Shown here in pieces: positions 1-9,377 of a stretch of 64,000 bases of DNA. A model generated the notes under the pieces. It did no database searches and was not told the origin of the DNA. It was given only the letters and a program-made list of their open reading frames with translations. The first letter of the stretch is position 1, and every line of letters starts with the position of its first letter. The stretch comes from Thermoanaerobaculia bacterium (GTDB taxonomy: Bacteria; Acidobacteriota; Thermoanaerobaculia; Multivoradales; UBA5704), in assembly GCA_035544895.1 (NCBI GenBank), contig DASZZM010000092.1, positions 5,852 through 69,851 of the forward strand, written 5' to 3'. Position numbers and translations under genes: made by a program.

Positions 1-1065
1 ACTTCACTCGACCGCGGAAGCCGCGGGGGGCGCGGCCGTGGGCGCGGAGCTGGCCGCAGGCGGCGCTGACGTCGTCGCCGCGGCGGCGGCGGATGGTTGC
101 GGTCATGCCGCGCTGGAGGAGGCGCTGGCGAAAGGCGTCGATGCGCCGGGCGTCGGGGGGTTGCAGGCGGTCGCCGAGGACAGGGTCGGGATTGACCGGG
201 ATCAGATTGACCTTGGCGCGCAGGCCGGAGAGCAGCTTGACCAGCTGGTCGGCGTCCGCCGGCGCCTCGTTGAAGTCGCGGATCAGGATGTACTCGAAAG
301 TGATCCGGCGCCCGTTCTCGAGCGGATAGCGGCGCAGGACCGCGATCAGATCGGCCAGGGGATGAGTGCGGTTGATCGGCATCACCTTGCCGCGGCGTTC
401 GTCGTCCGGGGCGTGCAGCGACACGGCCAGGTTCGGCCGGCGCTCCCACCGCGCCAGCTCCTCGATGCCCGGGATCACCCCCGCGGTCGACACCGTGATG
501 CGGCGAAGAGAAATCGACCCGGCAAGGATCTCGATGGCCGGCCGCAAGCTCGCCAGGTTGAGCAGCGGCTCGCCCATCCCCATGAAGACCAGGCGAAGGC
601 CGCTCGCCGGCAGGGGGCGGCCGGCGGCCAGCGTCAGCACCTGCGCCACGATCTCTCCGGCGGTCAGGTTGCGGCCGGCGCCCCAGAAGCCGGTCACGCA
701 GAAAGTGCAGCCGAGGGCGCAGCCCGCCTGGCTCGAAATGCAGAACGTGCGGCGACCGGGCTCCGGGATGTCGACCGCCTCGATAGTCGCTCCGTCCCGC
801 AGCTCGAGCAGGTACTTGCAAGTGCCGTCGTCAGACGTCACTTGCGACGACACCGCGGGCAGGCCGATCATGAAGTGCTCGGCGAGCTGGGCTCGCAAGT
901 CCTTCCCCAGATCGGTCATCTCGGCGAAGGCGCGCACGCCGCGGAGGTTCAGCGCCTGGTAGATCTGCTCGACGCGGTACGGACGATCCACCCAGGGCGC
1001 CAGCTCCTGGCGCAAACGGGCTCGCGGCAGTCCGAGCAGATCGACGCGCGGTTCCGCGGGTGCCA
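1..1065 (-). CDS. rlmN: 23S rRNA (adenine2503-C2)-methyltransferase RlmN, radical SAM; 3' end runs off window start
   Basis: My reverse-strand translation gives ...VDLLGLPRARLRQELAPWVDRPYRVEQIYQALNLRGVRAFAEMTDLGKDLRAQLAEHF...CISSQAGCALGCTFCVTG...VFMGMGEPLLN...SLHAPDDERR..., a typical RlmN/Cfr radical-SAM layout. GTG start at 1065. The listed + ORF 38..2575 is its antisense over this span. Confidence 0.8.
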
Positions 1066-1078
1066 CTTGGGATTGGGG

Positions 1079-1453
1079 TCAGACGCTGCGGCGCCGGCGC
1101 AGGCGTCGAGTCGGATCGATGCCGATCGATTTCAGGAACGAGAGGTCGCGGCCGTCGATTTGAAACACCGGATCGCCGGCGGGGAGCTTGCCGGCAGACA
1201 AGGGGAGCTGCTCCGGATCGTTCGCCTCTCGCTTGCAGTCCACGAGGAGGTAGAGCGAGTACCCCTCCTCGCGAATCTTGCGCAAGGTGCGACTCACCTC
1301 CGAGGACTCCGAGATGGCTTCGGAGAGCGCGCGACGCAGGTCGCGAAGCATGTGATGCAGCTTGTCGTCCAGCTCAAAAACCTCCCGGCAACCTTGCGGA
1401 GCCGACGCCGGATTATCCTCCGCTCCCAAGAGGGTGTCAAACCAGTCCCGCAT
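1079..1453 (-). CDS. hypothetical small protein (124 aa), co-oriented upstream of rlmN
   Basis: C-terminal 124 aa of minus ORF 1079..1750 from Met MRDWFDTLL...; protein-like composition (EVFELDDKLHHMLRDLRRALSEAISE...YLLVDCKRE). The N-terminal part of the listed ORF is low-complexity and overlaps the start of the next + gene. Confidence 0.45.
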   Translation of the reverse strand: MRDWFDTLLGAEDNPASAPQGCREVFELDDKLHHMLRDLRRALSEAISESSEVSRTLRKIREEGYSLYLLVDCKREANDPEQLPLSAGKLPAGDPVFQIDGRDLSFLKSIGIDPTRRLRRRRSV

Positions 1454-1561
1454 GCTAGCCTTGCAGACTTCCCGGGCCGTGCGCGGGGGGCGCGCATCGC
1501 CGCGCTTTGCGCGTTTGGCGCGTGTGGAGGCAGGGTCGAGAGACGCGGCCCGCGGGGCTGG

Positions 1562-2575
1562 ATGAGCCAAGGCATGAGAGACGAGCACGACCGCGCGCAC
1601 GCGGAGGTCGGCGATTGGCTTGCCGGGTGCGGCTTTCACCTGCGAGAGCTCGTGCCGCTTCCCGGCGACGTTTCGCCGCGACGTTACGCTCGGCTGGTGG
1701 CCAGGGATCGGAGCACCGCCATCCTCGCCACCTACCCGCCCGAAATCCACGCCGTCTGTCGACGCTTCCTGCGCACGACCGAGATCCTTGCCACCGCCGG
1801 CATCGCGGTGCCGCGCGTCCTCGCCGCCGCCTGCGAGCGCGGCTGGATGCTGCTCGAAGATCTCGGGTCACAAACGCTGGCGGACCTGAAGGAGCTGCCC
1901 TGGAGCGAGACCTCCGCCTACTTCGACGACGCGTCCGCGCTGGCCGGCCGCATCGCGCGTCTCCCTGCCGAAGCGCTGCGCGAGCTGAACCCGCCGCTGG
2001 GACGCGAGTTGCTGGAGCGCGAGCTCGCCCAGACCTGGGAGTTTTTTCTCGAGCCGCAAGGACTGGTCGGCGAGCGCTCCCTGGCGGCTGACCTCTCCGT
2101 CATCCTCGATTCGCTCTGCGCCGGCCTGGCGGCCGGGCCCCAGGTTCCCTGCCATCGCGATTTCATGGCGAGGAACCTGATGCCCTGCCGCGCGGGGAAG
2201 GTGGCGGTGCTCGACCACCAGGACCTGCGGCTGGGCCCATCCGCCTACGATCTGGCGTCGTTGCTCAACGACACGCTGTTCCCTCCGGCCGAGCTCGAAG
2301 AGAGATTGCTGGCCGGCTCCGCGTTCGTGGCCGACAGGACCTGCTATCACCGCGCCGCGGCACAGCGCACCCTCAAGGCGGTGGGCACCTACGCGGCCTT
2401 CGCCCGCAAGGGATCGTGCCGCCATCTGCCGCTGATCGCTCCGACGCTGCGCCGCTTCGTGAGCCATCTCGCGCGCCTGCCCGAGAGCGCAGCCCTGGCC
2501 GCCGACCTGGACCGCGCCTGGGCGCCCGCGCTGTCTTCATTACCCGGGGACGGGCGACAGCAGGCGATCTGCTAG
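1562..2575 (+). CDS. phosphotransferase-family kinase (aminoglycoside phosphotransferase/AmgK-like)
   Basis: Real portion of + ORF 38..2575 from MSQGMRDE...; contains the kinase catalytic motif CHRDFMARNLM and ...VLDHQDLRLGPSAYDLASLL (Brenner/DxxN-like), characteristic of the APH/choline-kinase-like fold. Confidence 0.7.
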   Translation: MSQGMRDEHDRAHAEVGDWLAGCGFHLRELVPLPGDVSPRRYARLVARDRSTAILATYPPEIHAVCRRFLRTTEILATAGIAVPRVLAAACERGWMLLEDLGSQTLADLKELPWSETSAYFDDASALAGRIARLPAEALRELNPPLGRELLERELAQTWEFFLEPQGLVGERSLAADLSVILDSLCAGLAAGPQVPCHRDFMARNLMPCRAGKVAVLDHQDLRLGPSAYDLASLLNDTLFPPAELEERLLAGSAFVADRTCYHRAAAQRTLKAVGTYAAFARKGSCRHLPLIAPTLRRFVSHLARLPESAALAADLDRAWAPALSSLPGDGRQQAIC

Positions 2576-2617
2576 ACTGGAAGGGGTCGGTCGAACGGAC
2601 CTCGTGGAGAACTGGTC

Positions 2618-2836
2618 ATGCTTCCTGGATTCCCAGTAGAACTGCTGCCGGCCGCCCTCATCATCAGCTTCAACGACCTGCTCATCATCGCCATCATCAT
2701 CGTCGTCCTGTTCGGATCGACGCGCCTGCCGGCTCTGGGCAAGGGCCTCGGGGAAGGCATCCGCAACTTCAAGAAGGGCCTGCAGGGCGGCGGCCACGAC
2801 GAGCCCCCGGAGCAACTCGACAAGAAGCGCGAATGA
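2618..2836 (+). CDS. tatA: twin-arginine translocase subunit TatA/E
   Basis: 72 aa; LLIIAIIIVVLFGSTRLPALGKGLGEGIRNFKKGL matches the TatA TM helix plus amphipathic helix signature; GGAGAA RBS before the ATG. Confidence 0.8.
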   Translation: MLPGFPVELLPAALIISFNDLLIIAIIIVVLFGSTRLPALGKGLGEGIRNFKKGLQGGGHDEPPEQLDKKRE

Positions 2837-2842
2837 GGCAGC

Positions 2843-3616
2843 TCACCTGCCGCGCTCGCTTCGCCCTTCGCCGGCCGACCCACGTTGCACGGCAGGTCCT
2901 CGGGCGACGAGAGCGAGCGACCTGCTGGCCACCTTCCGCTTGTGCTCCGCGTAGCGGGTCAGCACTCTCTTGACGAAGTCCCGGGTCTCGCGGTAGGGCG
3001 GTACGCCGCCGAAGCGGAGGACCACCTCGGGGCCGGCATTGTACGCCGCGACGGCGAGCTCCGGCCGGTGGCCGAAGCGCTCGAGCAAACCGCCCAGGTA
3101 GCGGCAGCCCGCATCCAGGTTGATGGAAGGATCGAGAAGGTTGCTCGCCCCGTAATCCGCGCCGGTCGAGGGGAGGATCTGCATCAGTCCCTCGGCCCCG
3201 CTTGGCGAGACCGCGTTCGGAATGAACCCCGACTCGGCCTCCACCACCGCGGCCAGCAGCAGGCCGTCCACGCGATTGCGCTCCGCCGTCTTCGCCATCA
3301 TCCGGCCGTATGGCAGTTTGCACAGCACGTCGCGCTGGGCCGCCAGGCTCGCCGGGCTCGGTTCGGCAAACAAGCTGAACCGTCGCGGCGTGGAGCCGAG
3401 CGCCGCGCTGAGATCACCGGGACTCACGACTCGCAGATCGGTGGTCGCGCCTTCCGCCAGCCAAGCCGCGAGATCCTCTCTGGCCAGGCTCTCCTCGGCC
3501 GGTGGAAAAGGCAGGCGGGAGTCGGGTTCGGCAATGTCGGACGGGACGGGTTGGGGAGAGATGACCAGCAGCAGGAAAAGCGCCAACGCGACTGCATGGC
3601 GTTCGATCTTCGTCAT
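2843..3616 (-). CDS. lytic transglycosylase (SLT domain), secreted
   Basis: AVVEAESGFIPNAVSPSGAEGLMQILPSTGADYG...AAYNAGPEVV SLT catalytic motifs; signal peptide MTKIERHAVALALFLLLV; start chosen at ATG 3616 with an AGGAGA RBS (listed ORF extends to 3715). Confidence 0.8.
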   Translation of the reverse strand: MTKIERHAVALALFLLLVISPQPVPSDIAEPDSRLPFPPAEESLAREDLAAWLAEGATTDLRVVSPGDLSAALGSTPRRFSLFAEPSPASLAAQRDVLCKLPYGRMMAKTAERNRVDGLLLAAVVEAESGFIPNAVSPSGAEGLMQILPSTGADYGASNLLDPSINLDAGCRYLGGLLERFGHRPELAVAAYNAGPEVVLRFGGVPPYRETRDFVKRVLTRYAEHKRKVASRSLALVARGPAVQRGSAGEGRSERGR

Positions 3617-3840
3617 AGTTCTCCTCTTGCTCGCATCTCGGCAGCTCGACATGAGCACGACCCCCAAGCCAAACCGGCCCTGGCCACGTCGAATGCTCCA
3701 ATGCGTACAAGCCATCCCCCGAGGAGCTGGGATGGCTCTTCACTAATTCTGCTCAAGAGTTATGCGATTCTTGTGCCAGACTGACCTTCTCGCTGGCGTG
3801 AACCGGGCGTGGTATTGGCGCCAGGGCGCGCCCGGTCTTC

Positions 3841-4179
3841 TCAGGAGCTCGGCATCGTCAAGTGCTTGCGGCGCGCCTGCCTGCGGCCAGGCAGATCGTA
3901 ATCCTCCGAACCGATGCCCAGGTCCGAGACCTTGTTGCGGAGTGTGTTGCGGTGCACGCCGAGGGACTTCGCCGAACGGCAGAAATTGCCCCGGTTCGAT
4001 TTCAGCGATGCGACGATGAACTGCCGCTCGAACTCCCGCCTGGCCTGCTCCAGCGTCAGGCCTCGGCGCACCAGCTCATCGACGATTTGGTAGAGACGTC
4101 CGTTGAGATTCTGTTCGGCCAAGGGAGCCCCCGCAGAAAAGCCACGAAAAAGACGAGCCCCTAGCCTACCACAGGACAC
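3841..4179 (-). CDS. Fis-family HTH DNA-binding protein
   Basis: C-terminal LEQARREFERQFIVASLKSNRGNFCRSAKSLGVHRNTLRNKV is a Fis-type helix-turn-helix; about 110 aa. Confidence 0.6.
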   Translation of the reverse strand: MSCGRLGARLFRGFSAGAPLAEQNLNGRLYQIVDELVRRGLTLEQARREFERQFIVASLKSNRGNFCRSAKSLGVHRNTLRNKVSDLGIGSEDYDLPGRRQARRKHLTMPSS

Positions 4180-4205
4180 GCGCAGGAGACCCTGGCGGCA
4201 GGCTG

Positions 4206-5411
4206 TTACTTCGGGTCCAGCCGGTCTCCCACGTAGATGGGATACCTGGACTCGGTGATCTTGGCGAGAGCGGACCTCTTCTGTACCGACAGCACGGCCA
4301 GCTCCCCGAGAACGATCGGCGGCAGGCCCGGGCGGTTCATCCGGTAGATGGTGAAGACATCCCCGGGCGTGAGCTCCTGATCAGCCCCGCGGTCGATGAA
4401 CACCATGTGGTCCTGGCCGAGCGTCACGATGTCGTCACGGGCGAAGAGGATGACCGGCGCATCCTTCAGCTTCTCGACGGTCGCCGGCAGGTTCACCGGC
4501 CGCATGCCGGTAGGCCGGCCCAGGGGCACCGGCTCGGGCTCGAAAGGCAGCAGGCGCGCTCCCACCCGGATGGCGTCGCAGGAGTGCACGATCTCGGCGA
4601 TCGCGCCGCTCTCCTGGACCGAGAGCACGCGAAGGCGGCCCAGATACTGGTAGTAGCGGCCGAACACGCCACGCTGGACCGGATGCACGACCTCGCGGCG
4701 GCTGGCCACGATGGTCAACAGCTTGCCCGCGGCGAGGCCTTGCGTCTGGCCGCCGCCGATATAGACGATGTCGCCGGTCGACAGGTCGAACTTGGCCGTC
4801 TCGGCCACTCCATAGATGCCGATCGGAGTCTTGCCGCTGTCGCCGATCAGCTTGGGGGTGAGCACCTCGTACTCGGAGCCCACGATGGCATAAGGGAACG
4901 CCTCGTCGCGGTCGCCGATGAAGCCGCTGCAGTAGATGTCGCTCTCGGCGCCCAGGGGCACCGGCGGCTTGGCGGCCATCCCCATGCCCGTCGCGCCCTT
5001 CTCGGCCGCGGGAGCTTCTGGCTCCGGGGCGGATTGCGGGGGCGCCAGGGCTGGAGAGCCGGCCGCGCCGACCGCGCTGACTGCAGCAAGGCTCTCGACC
5101 GGAGCCACCTTGATGCCGGTGACCAGCGGATCGCCCGGATAGATCCAGTGGGCATCCCTGATGTACTGGTTCTTCTCCCAGAGCTGCGGCCACAGGTACG
5201 GATTACCGTAGTAGCGCCTGGCCAGATCCCACAGTGTGTCGCCGCGGACGATGGTGTAGGTCTGAGTCCCTGCGTCCGGTGCGGGCGGGTTCCAGGCTGT
5301 CCAGTGATCGCCTTCGAGATGGAGGTTGTGCGGCGGCCGGTCCGCCCCGCGCAATGCGCCGAGCGGCAAAAGCAGAGTCGCGAGGATGAAACCTGAAAGC
5401 CGCACTCTCAT
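4206..5411 (-). CDS. LysM peptidoglycan-binding domain protein, secreted
   Basis: Signal peptide MRVRLSGFILATLLLPLGA; LysM motif YTIVRGDTLWDLARRYYGNPYLWPQLW...IYPGDPL. Confidence 0.75.
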   Translation of the reverse strand: MRVRLSGFILATLLLPLGALRGADRPPHNLHLEGDHWTAWNPPAPDAGTQTYTIVRGDTLWDLARRYYGNPYLWPQLWEKNQYIRDAHWIYPGDPLVTGIKVAPVESLAAVSAVGAAGSPALAPPQSAPEPEAPAAEKGATGMGMAAKPPVPLGAESDIYCSGFIGDRDEAFPYAIVGSEYEVLTPKLIGDSGKTPIGIYGVAETAKFDLSTGDIVYIGGGQTQGLAAGKLLTIVASRREVVHPVQRGVFGRYYQYLGRLRVLSVQESGAIAEIVHSCDAIRVGARLLPFEPEPVPLGRPTGMRPVNLPATVEKLKDAPVILFARDDIVTLGQDHMVFIDRGADQELTPGDVFTIYRMNRPGLPPIVLGELAVLSVQKRSALAKITESRYPIYVGDRLDPK

Positions 5412-5550
5412 AGGGTCCCCTCAAACGACCGAGGAATAGTGAAGTCTCTATGCTTTAAGCTACAGTGCCGGCTTTCTCCTGTCAAGTTTATCGCAGGACA
5501 CCTCAAGTGTTGCTTGAAGTTTCTAAGTGTCCCCCACCGGGTAGGGAGCA

Positions 5551-6636
5551 CTAGGGCAGCTTTGCCCGCCGCTCGTCGGCGACCGCGGCCACGGCAGTGC
5601 CGGGAAAACGGCGGATCACATCTTTGTAGCTTGCCCGCGCTCCCTCGAGGTCGCCCAGTCCCTCGAGCGACATTCCCGCCTTGAGCAGGGCATCCGGAGC
5701 CTTGCTGCCGTCCGGGTAACGCTCAACGGTTTCGCGAAACGCGGCCAGCGCACCCCGGAGGTCGCCGCGCGAATAGCGGCACTCGCCAATCCAGTACTGG
5801 GCGTTGTCGGCCAGCGCGCTCTTGGGGTTGGCCTGGAGGAAGCGCTGAAAGCTCGTCTCCGCATCGATAAAATGCTTCTGATGATAGAGGGTGTAGCCGC
5901 GGTCGTAGAGCGCCTGGATCGCCGGGGTAGGTGGCTCGGCCCCCGGCTGAGATTCCCCGCCCGCGGCTTTCGCGCCGCTCGCGCCGCTCGCGCCACCGGC
6001 GCCGCTGGCGACGCTGGCTCCAATCGTGCCGTGCGCCGGAGCCGCCGAGGGCGGCCGCCCTCCTCCAGGCGGCATCTCGATATCCGTCTCGCTGATTTCC
6101 GTCGCACCCGCCGTCGGCGGCGCCTCGGCGGCTCTCCGGGCCGGCGGGAGCTCCGCGGGCTTCGAGACCTCCGAGCTGGCGGCCCGCGGGCTCGGCGCGG
6201 CCGGCCGGGCGGGCTGGCCGGAAGGCGGCAGCGAGGCCGCCGGCGGGCTGGCGGGCGCCGCTGAGATCGCCATTCCTGCTTGAGGCGGCGCCGATTTGGC
6301 AGCGGACCGCTGGACGGGAGCCGAGCCCACGGGCTGGCGGCGGACCGGCGCCGACTTCGTCATCCGGTCCTGCGCGGCCCCCCGTGGCCCGGCATTCCCG
6401 GCGGACGGCGACGAGGTCCCGGCCAGGCGCGTCTCCAGATCGGCGACCTGTTGCCGCAACCGGGCCAGCTCGACCTCGCTGACCGCGGCTTTGCGCTGCA
6501 GCTCGAGGACCCGCGCCTGCAACTCGCGAATCTGGTCCTCCGGCGTGGGATCGGAACGGCTCCCCATGCTCGCGCAGCCGGCGCCGAGCAGCAGGACACC
6601 CGACAGGAGCAGCGGCGAAAGGCTGCGACGAATCAT
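5551..6636 (-). CDS. cpoB: Tol-Pal system protein CpoB/YbgF (coiled-coil plus TPR)
   Basis: Signal/lipo N-terminus, coiled-coil (QIRELQARVLELQRK...LARLRQQVADLETRL), Pro/Ala-rich linker, C-terminal TPR block (YDRGYTLYHQKHFIDAETSFQRFLQANP...AQYWIGECRY...). Confidence 0.75.
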   Translation of the reverse strand: MIRRSLSPLLLSGVLLLGAGCASMGSRSDPTPEDQIRELQARVLELQRKAAVSEVELARLRQQVADLETRLAGTSSPSAGNAGPRGAAQDRMTKSAPVRRQPVGSAPVQRSAAKSAPPQAGMAISAAPASPPAASLPPSGQPARPAAPSPRAASSEVSKPAELPPARRAAEAPPTAGATEISETDIEMPPGGGRPPSAAPAHGTIGASVASGAGGASGASGAKAAGGESQPGAEPPTPAIQALYDRGYTLYHQKHFIDAETSFQRFLQANPKSALADNAQYWIGECRYSRGDLRGALAAFRETVERYPDGSKAPDALLKAGMSLEGLGDLEGARASYKDVIRRFPGTAVAAVADERRAKLP

Positions 6637-7430
6637 AGCCCGGCCTTTCCTTCCGGGATCTCCCGGAGCAGCGGGCTCTTCGGGTACTCGGTGCGCAGCC
6701 GCTCGAAGGCTTTGCGGGCCTCGTCGGACTTCCGCATCTGCGCGTACGCGATTCCCAGGTTGTAGATGACCTTGTCTTTATCCGGATACTTGGGATAGGT
6801 TTGGAGCAGATACTCGAAGCGCTGGACCGCCGCGCCAGGGACTCCGTAACGCAGGTAGAACCGTCCGATCAGGAACTCGTGCTCGGCCAGCTTGGCTGCC
6901 ACGGCGCCGGCCTGCTCCTGGGCATGGGCCGCGTACTCGCTGGCCGGGTAGAGCCGGACCAGGTCCAGGAAGGCTTCGAGCGCCTTCCTGGTCACGGTCT
7001 GATCGCGGTCCGGCCGCTCCATGCGCTTGCTCAAGCTGTTGGCGATCTGGAACTGCACGTATGCCGCTTGCTCGCTGGTGGGAAAGCGGTTCAGGTAGTC
7101 GCGATACTTGGCCTCCGCCTGCACGTAGTTCGCGGAGCCCCCTTCCAGGTAGTAGGTGTCGGCGGCGAGCAGCAGGCTCTCCCGGCCGATCTTGGAATTC
7201 GGCTCGACCTCGAAGGCGTGCGAGAAATAGGGCCTGGCCCGAGAGTACTTCTCCTTGGCCAGCCACTGCTTGCCCTGAACGAGCGACTCCTCGGCCGAAA
7301 GCCGCAGGACCGGGTCCGCGGGCTTGCCTCCACCACCATGGCAGCCGCTGAGCGCCAGGGCGCCCAAACAAGCAAGACTGGCCAGGCGGACCAGCGCGGC
7401 GCACGGCGACAAAGGCCAGATCTTCTTCAT
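6633..7430 (-). CDS. bamD: outer membrane protein assembly factor BamD (TPR lipoprotein)
   Basis: MKKIWPLSPCAALVRLASLACLGALALSGC lipobox, then TPR repeats (YFSHAFEVEPNSKIGRESLLLAADTYYLEG...YVQFQIANSLSK...). Overlaps cpoB by 4 bp. Start taken at the internal Met (MKKIW). Confidence 0.8.
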   Translation of the reverse strand: MKKIWPLSPCAALVRLASLACLGALALSGCHGGGGKPADPVLRLSAEESLVQGKQWLAKEKYSRARPYFSHAFEVEPNSKIGRESLLLAADTYYLEGGSANYVQAEAKYRDYLNRFPTSEQAAYVQFQIANSLSKRMERPDRDQTVTRKALEAFLDLVRLYPASEYAAHAQEQAGAVAAKLAEHEFLIGRFYLRYGVPGAAVQRFEYLLQTYPKYPDKDKVIYNLGIAYAQMRKSDEARKAFERLRTEYPKSPLLREIPEGKAGL

Positions 7431-7539
7431 AGGCTCTCCAGGGCTCGGCGGGCCGGGGCGACGGAGCAACGCGCGCGCCTGGGGACCCCGACCGGCCGCT
7501 CTACATGTTACCGCGAACCGCGATCGACGGGAGAACTGG

Positions 7540-8313
7540 TCATGGCTCGCCCTCTGCCGTGGCCACCACCAGCGAGACCGGGTCGCCGCGGGTCAACGGA
7601 TGGCCGGGAAGCGGGAACTGCCGCAAGATCACTCCCGCCGCCACCCCTTCGTAGCGCTCGAATTTGACGCTGCCGAAACGAAAACCTCGGCGCTCGAAGA
7701 AGGGGCGCACCACGTCGTAATGGCGATACACCAGGTCCGGCATGAGATACCTCTCGCCCGTCGCCGTCATCGCCAGCAGCAGGTCCACCGTGGTGGCGGG
7801 AGCGACCGAGAAGCCGGGATCGGGATCCTGTTCCAGCACCGAGCCGGCCGGACGCCGCGCCTCGAACGCGCCGAGGATGCTGCCTACCCCGAGCCCGAGC
7901 GCCGAAAGGGTAACCTGCGCCGCGGGCAGCGCCTTGCCCGCGAGGTTGGGGACTTCGACCCGCCGCGGGCCCAGCGAGAGGACGAGCTCCACGCCGCTCC
8001 CCCGCTTGACGAACGTGCGGGCGTCCGGACTCTGACGGACCACGTGCCCGATCGGGATCTTGTCGTCGTAGCGTCCGGGATGGCTCACCTGGCGCAAGGC
8101 GAGCCCGCGGTCGGCGAGCAGGTTGGCGGCGTCGGTCCGCGACAGCCCCGTCACCTGGGGCACTGCAATGACGCCGCTGCGCACGAAGGAGCTGAAGGCG
8201 AAGTAGCCCGCCAGGATGAAAACGACCACGACGAGCAGCAGGTAAGCGACGAATCCGAGCGCGTGCAGGAGCTTCCGCAGCATGCCCGGCGAGTGTACCA
8301 AAGGGGGGCGCAC
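7540..8313 (-). CDS. membrane-anchored PASTA-domain protein
   Basis: N-terminal TM helix (LLHALGFVAYLLLVVVVFILAGYFAF) followed by two PASTA-like repeats (VPQVTGLSRTDAANLLADRGL...; VEVPNLAGKALPAAQVTLSALGL...). Confidence 0.6.
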   Translation of the reverse strand: MRPPLVHSPGMLRKLLHALGFVAYLLLVVVVFILAGYFAFSSFVRSGVIAVPQVTGLSRTDAANLLADRGLALRQVSHPGRYDDKIPIGHVVRQSPDARTFVKRGSGVELVLSLGPRRVEVPNLAGKALPAAQVTLSALGLGVGSILGAFEARRPAGSVLEQDPDPGFSVAPATTVDLLLAMTATGERYLMPDLVYRHYDVVRPFFERRGFRFGSVKFERYEGVAAGVILRQFPLPGHPLTRGDPVSLVVATAEGEP

Positions 8314-8342
8314 GGCAGGCGGGCGACGCTAGAATCACCACC

Positions 8343-9233
8343 ATGAAATTCAAGCCTGTCTTGGGCGCGCATGTCTCGGTGGCCGGCGGCGTCGCCTCGG
8401 CCTTCGGGCGCGCCGCGCGGCTCGGCTGCGATGCCATCCAGATCTTCGTCAAGAACGCCAACCAGTGGCGGGCCAAGCCGCTCGAGCACGCGGAAGCGGC
8501 CGCCTTCCGGCAGGCCCACGCCGCCAGCGCGGTCGGAGTCGTGGTGGCGCACGCCTCCTATCTGATCAATCTGGCCGCCGGCGACGGGCTCGTTCGCGAG
8601 AAATCGGCCGAAGCCCTGGCCGACGAGCTGGCGCGCTGCACGAAGCTTGGTCTCCGCGGTCTGGTCGTCCACCCTGGAGCGCATCTTGGAACCGGCGAAG
8701 AAACGGGCCTCGACCGCGCCGCCGCCGCGCTCGACCGCGTCCTGGCCGCGCTGCCCCGCGCCTCGTGCCGCCTCCTGCTCGAAAACACCGCCGGCCAGGG
8801 AAGCTGCCTCGGCTGCCGCCTCGAGCATCTCGCGGCGATCCGCGCCCGGCTGCCCGCGCCGCGCCGCCGGCGTGTGGGCTTCTGCATCGATACCTGCCAC
8901 GCCTTCGCCGCCGGCTACCCCATCCACCATGCCGCCGGCTGGAAAGCCTTCATGGCCGAGGTCGAGGCGCTCCTCGGCCTCGACGCCCTTGCCTGCATCC
9001 ACCTCAACGACTCGCTCCGCCCCTTCGCCTCGCGCCGCGACCGCCACGCCCACATCGGCGACGGCCAGATCGGCCTCGACGCCTTCGCCCGCTTCCTCGC
9101 CGAGCCGCGCCTCGCCGGCATCCCGATGATTCTCGAGACCGACCCCGGCAACGACCAGGAAGGCCACGCCCGCGACCTCGCCGTCCTCCGCGGCCTCACC
9201 CTCCCCGCCCGGCGCCGATCGTCGAAGAGATAA
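8343..9233 (+). CDS. nfo: deoxyribonuclease IV (endonuclease IV, AP endonuclease)
   Basis: MKFKPVLGAHVSVAGGV...AIQIF...VVHPGAHLG...LLLENTAGQG...GFCIDTCHAFAAGY...HLNDS... is a canonical Nfo TIM-barrel signature. Confidence 0.9.
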   Translation: MKFKPVLGAHVSVAGGVASAFGRAARLGCDAIQIFVKNANQWRAKPLEHAEAAAFRQAHAASAVGVVVAHASYLINLAAGDGLVREKSAEALADELARCTKLGLRGLVVHPGAHLGTGEETGLDRAAAALDRVLAALPRASCRLLLENTAGQGSCLGCRLEHLAAIRARLPAPRRRRVGFCIDTCHAFAAGYPIHHAAGWKAFMAEVEALLGLDALACIHLNDSLRPFASRRDRHAHIGDGQIGLDAFARFLAEPRLAGIPMILETDPGNDQEGHARDLAVLRGLTLPARRRSSKR

Positions 9234-9240
9234 GTCAGTA

Positions 9241-9345
9241 GTGCGTGAGAGGGCGGGGGCGTCCCCTTCCCCCCCGGAGGGGAGGGAAGGGGATCGAGGG
9301 GTTGCGGGGGGCGATCCAATAGATGCTTCGAGTAGTCCACCAGCG
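9241..9345 (-). repeat. REP/MITE-like hairpin repeat, copy A (inverted orientation)
   Basis: Reverse complement reads catctattggatcgccccccgcaacccctcgatccccttccctcccctccgggggggaaggggacgccccc, matching copies at 34971, 41984, 46841 and 54228. Lies between the convergent nfo and rseP ends. Confidence 0.7.
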
Positions 9346-9377
9346 CCACGTCGCAGCGCTGATTCGCCCTATGGGAT

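Noticed and set aside
38-1500. N-terminal about 490 aa of listed + ORF 38..2575 (845 aa)
   Set aside because: Ala/Gly/Arg-rich translation with no motifs. The opposite strand encodes a clear RlmN radical-SAM protein. Only the last 338 aa of this ORF (1562..2575, kinase motifs) are real.
8151-9233. Minus ORF 8151..9167 and + ORF 8465..9241
   Set aside because: Alternative-frame or antisense artefacts over nfo; Pro/Arg-rich, no motifs.
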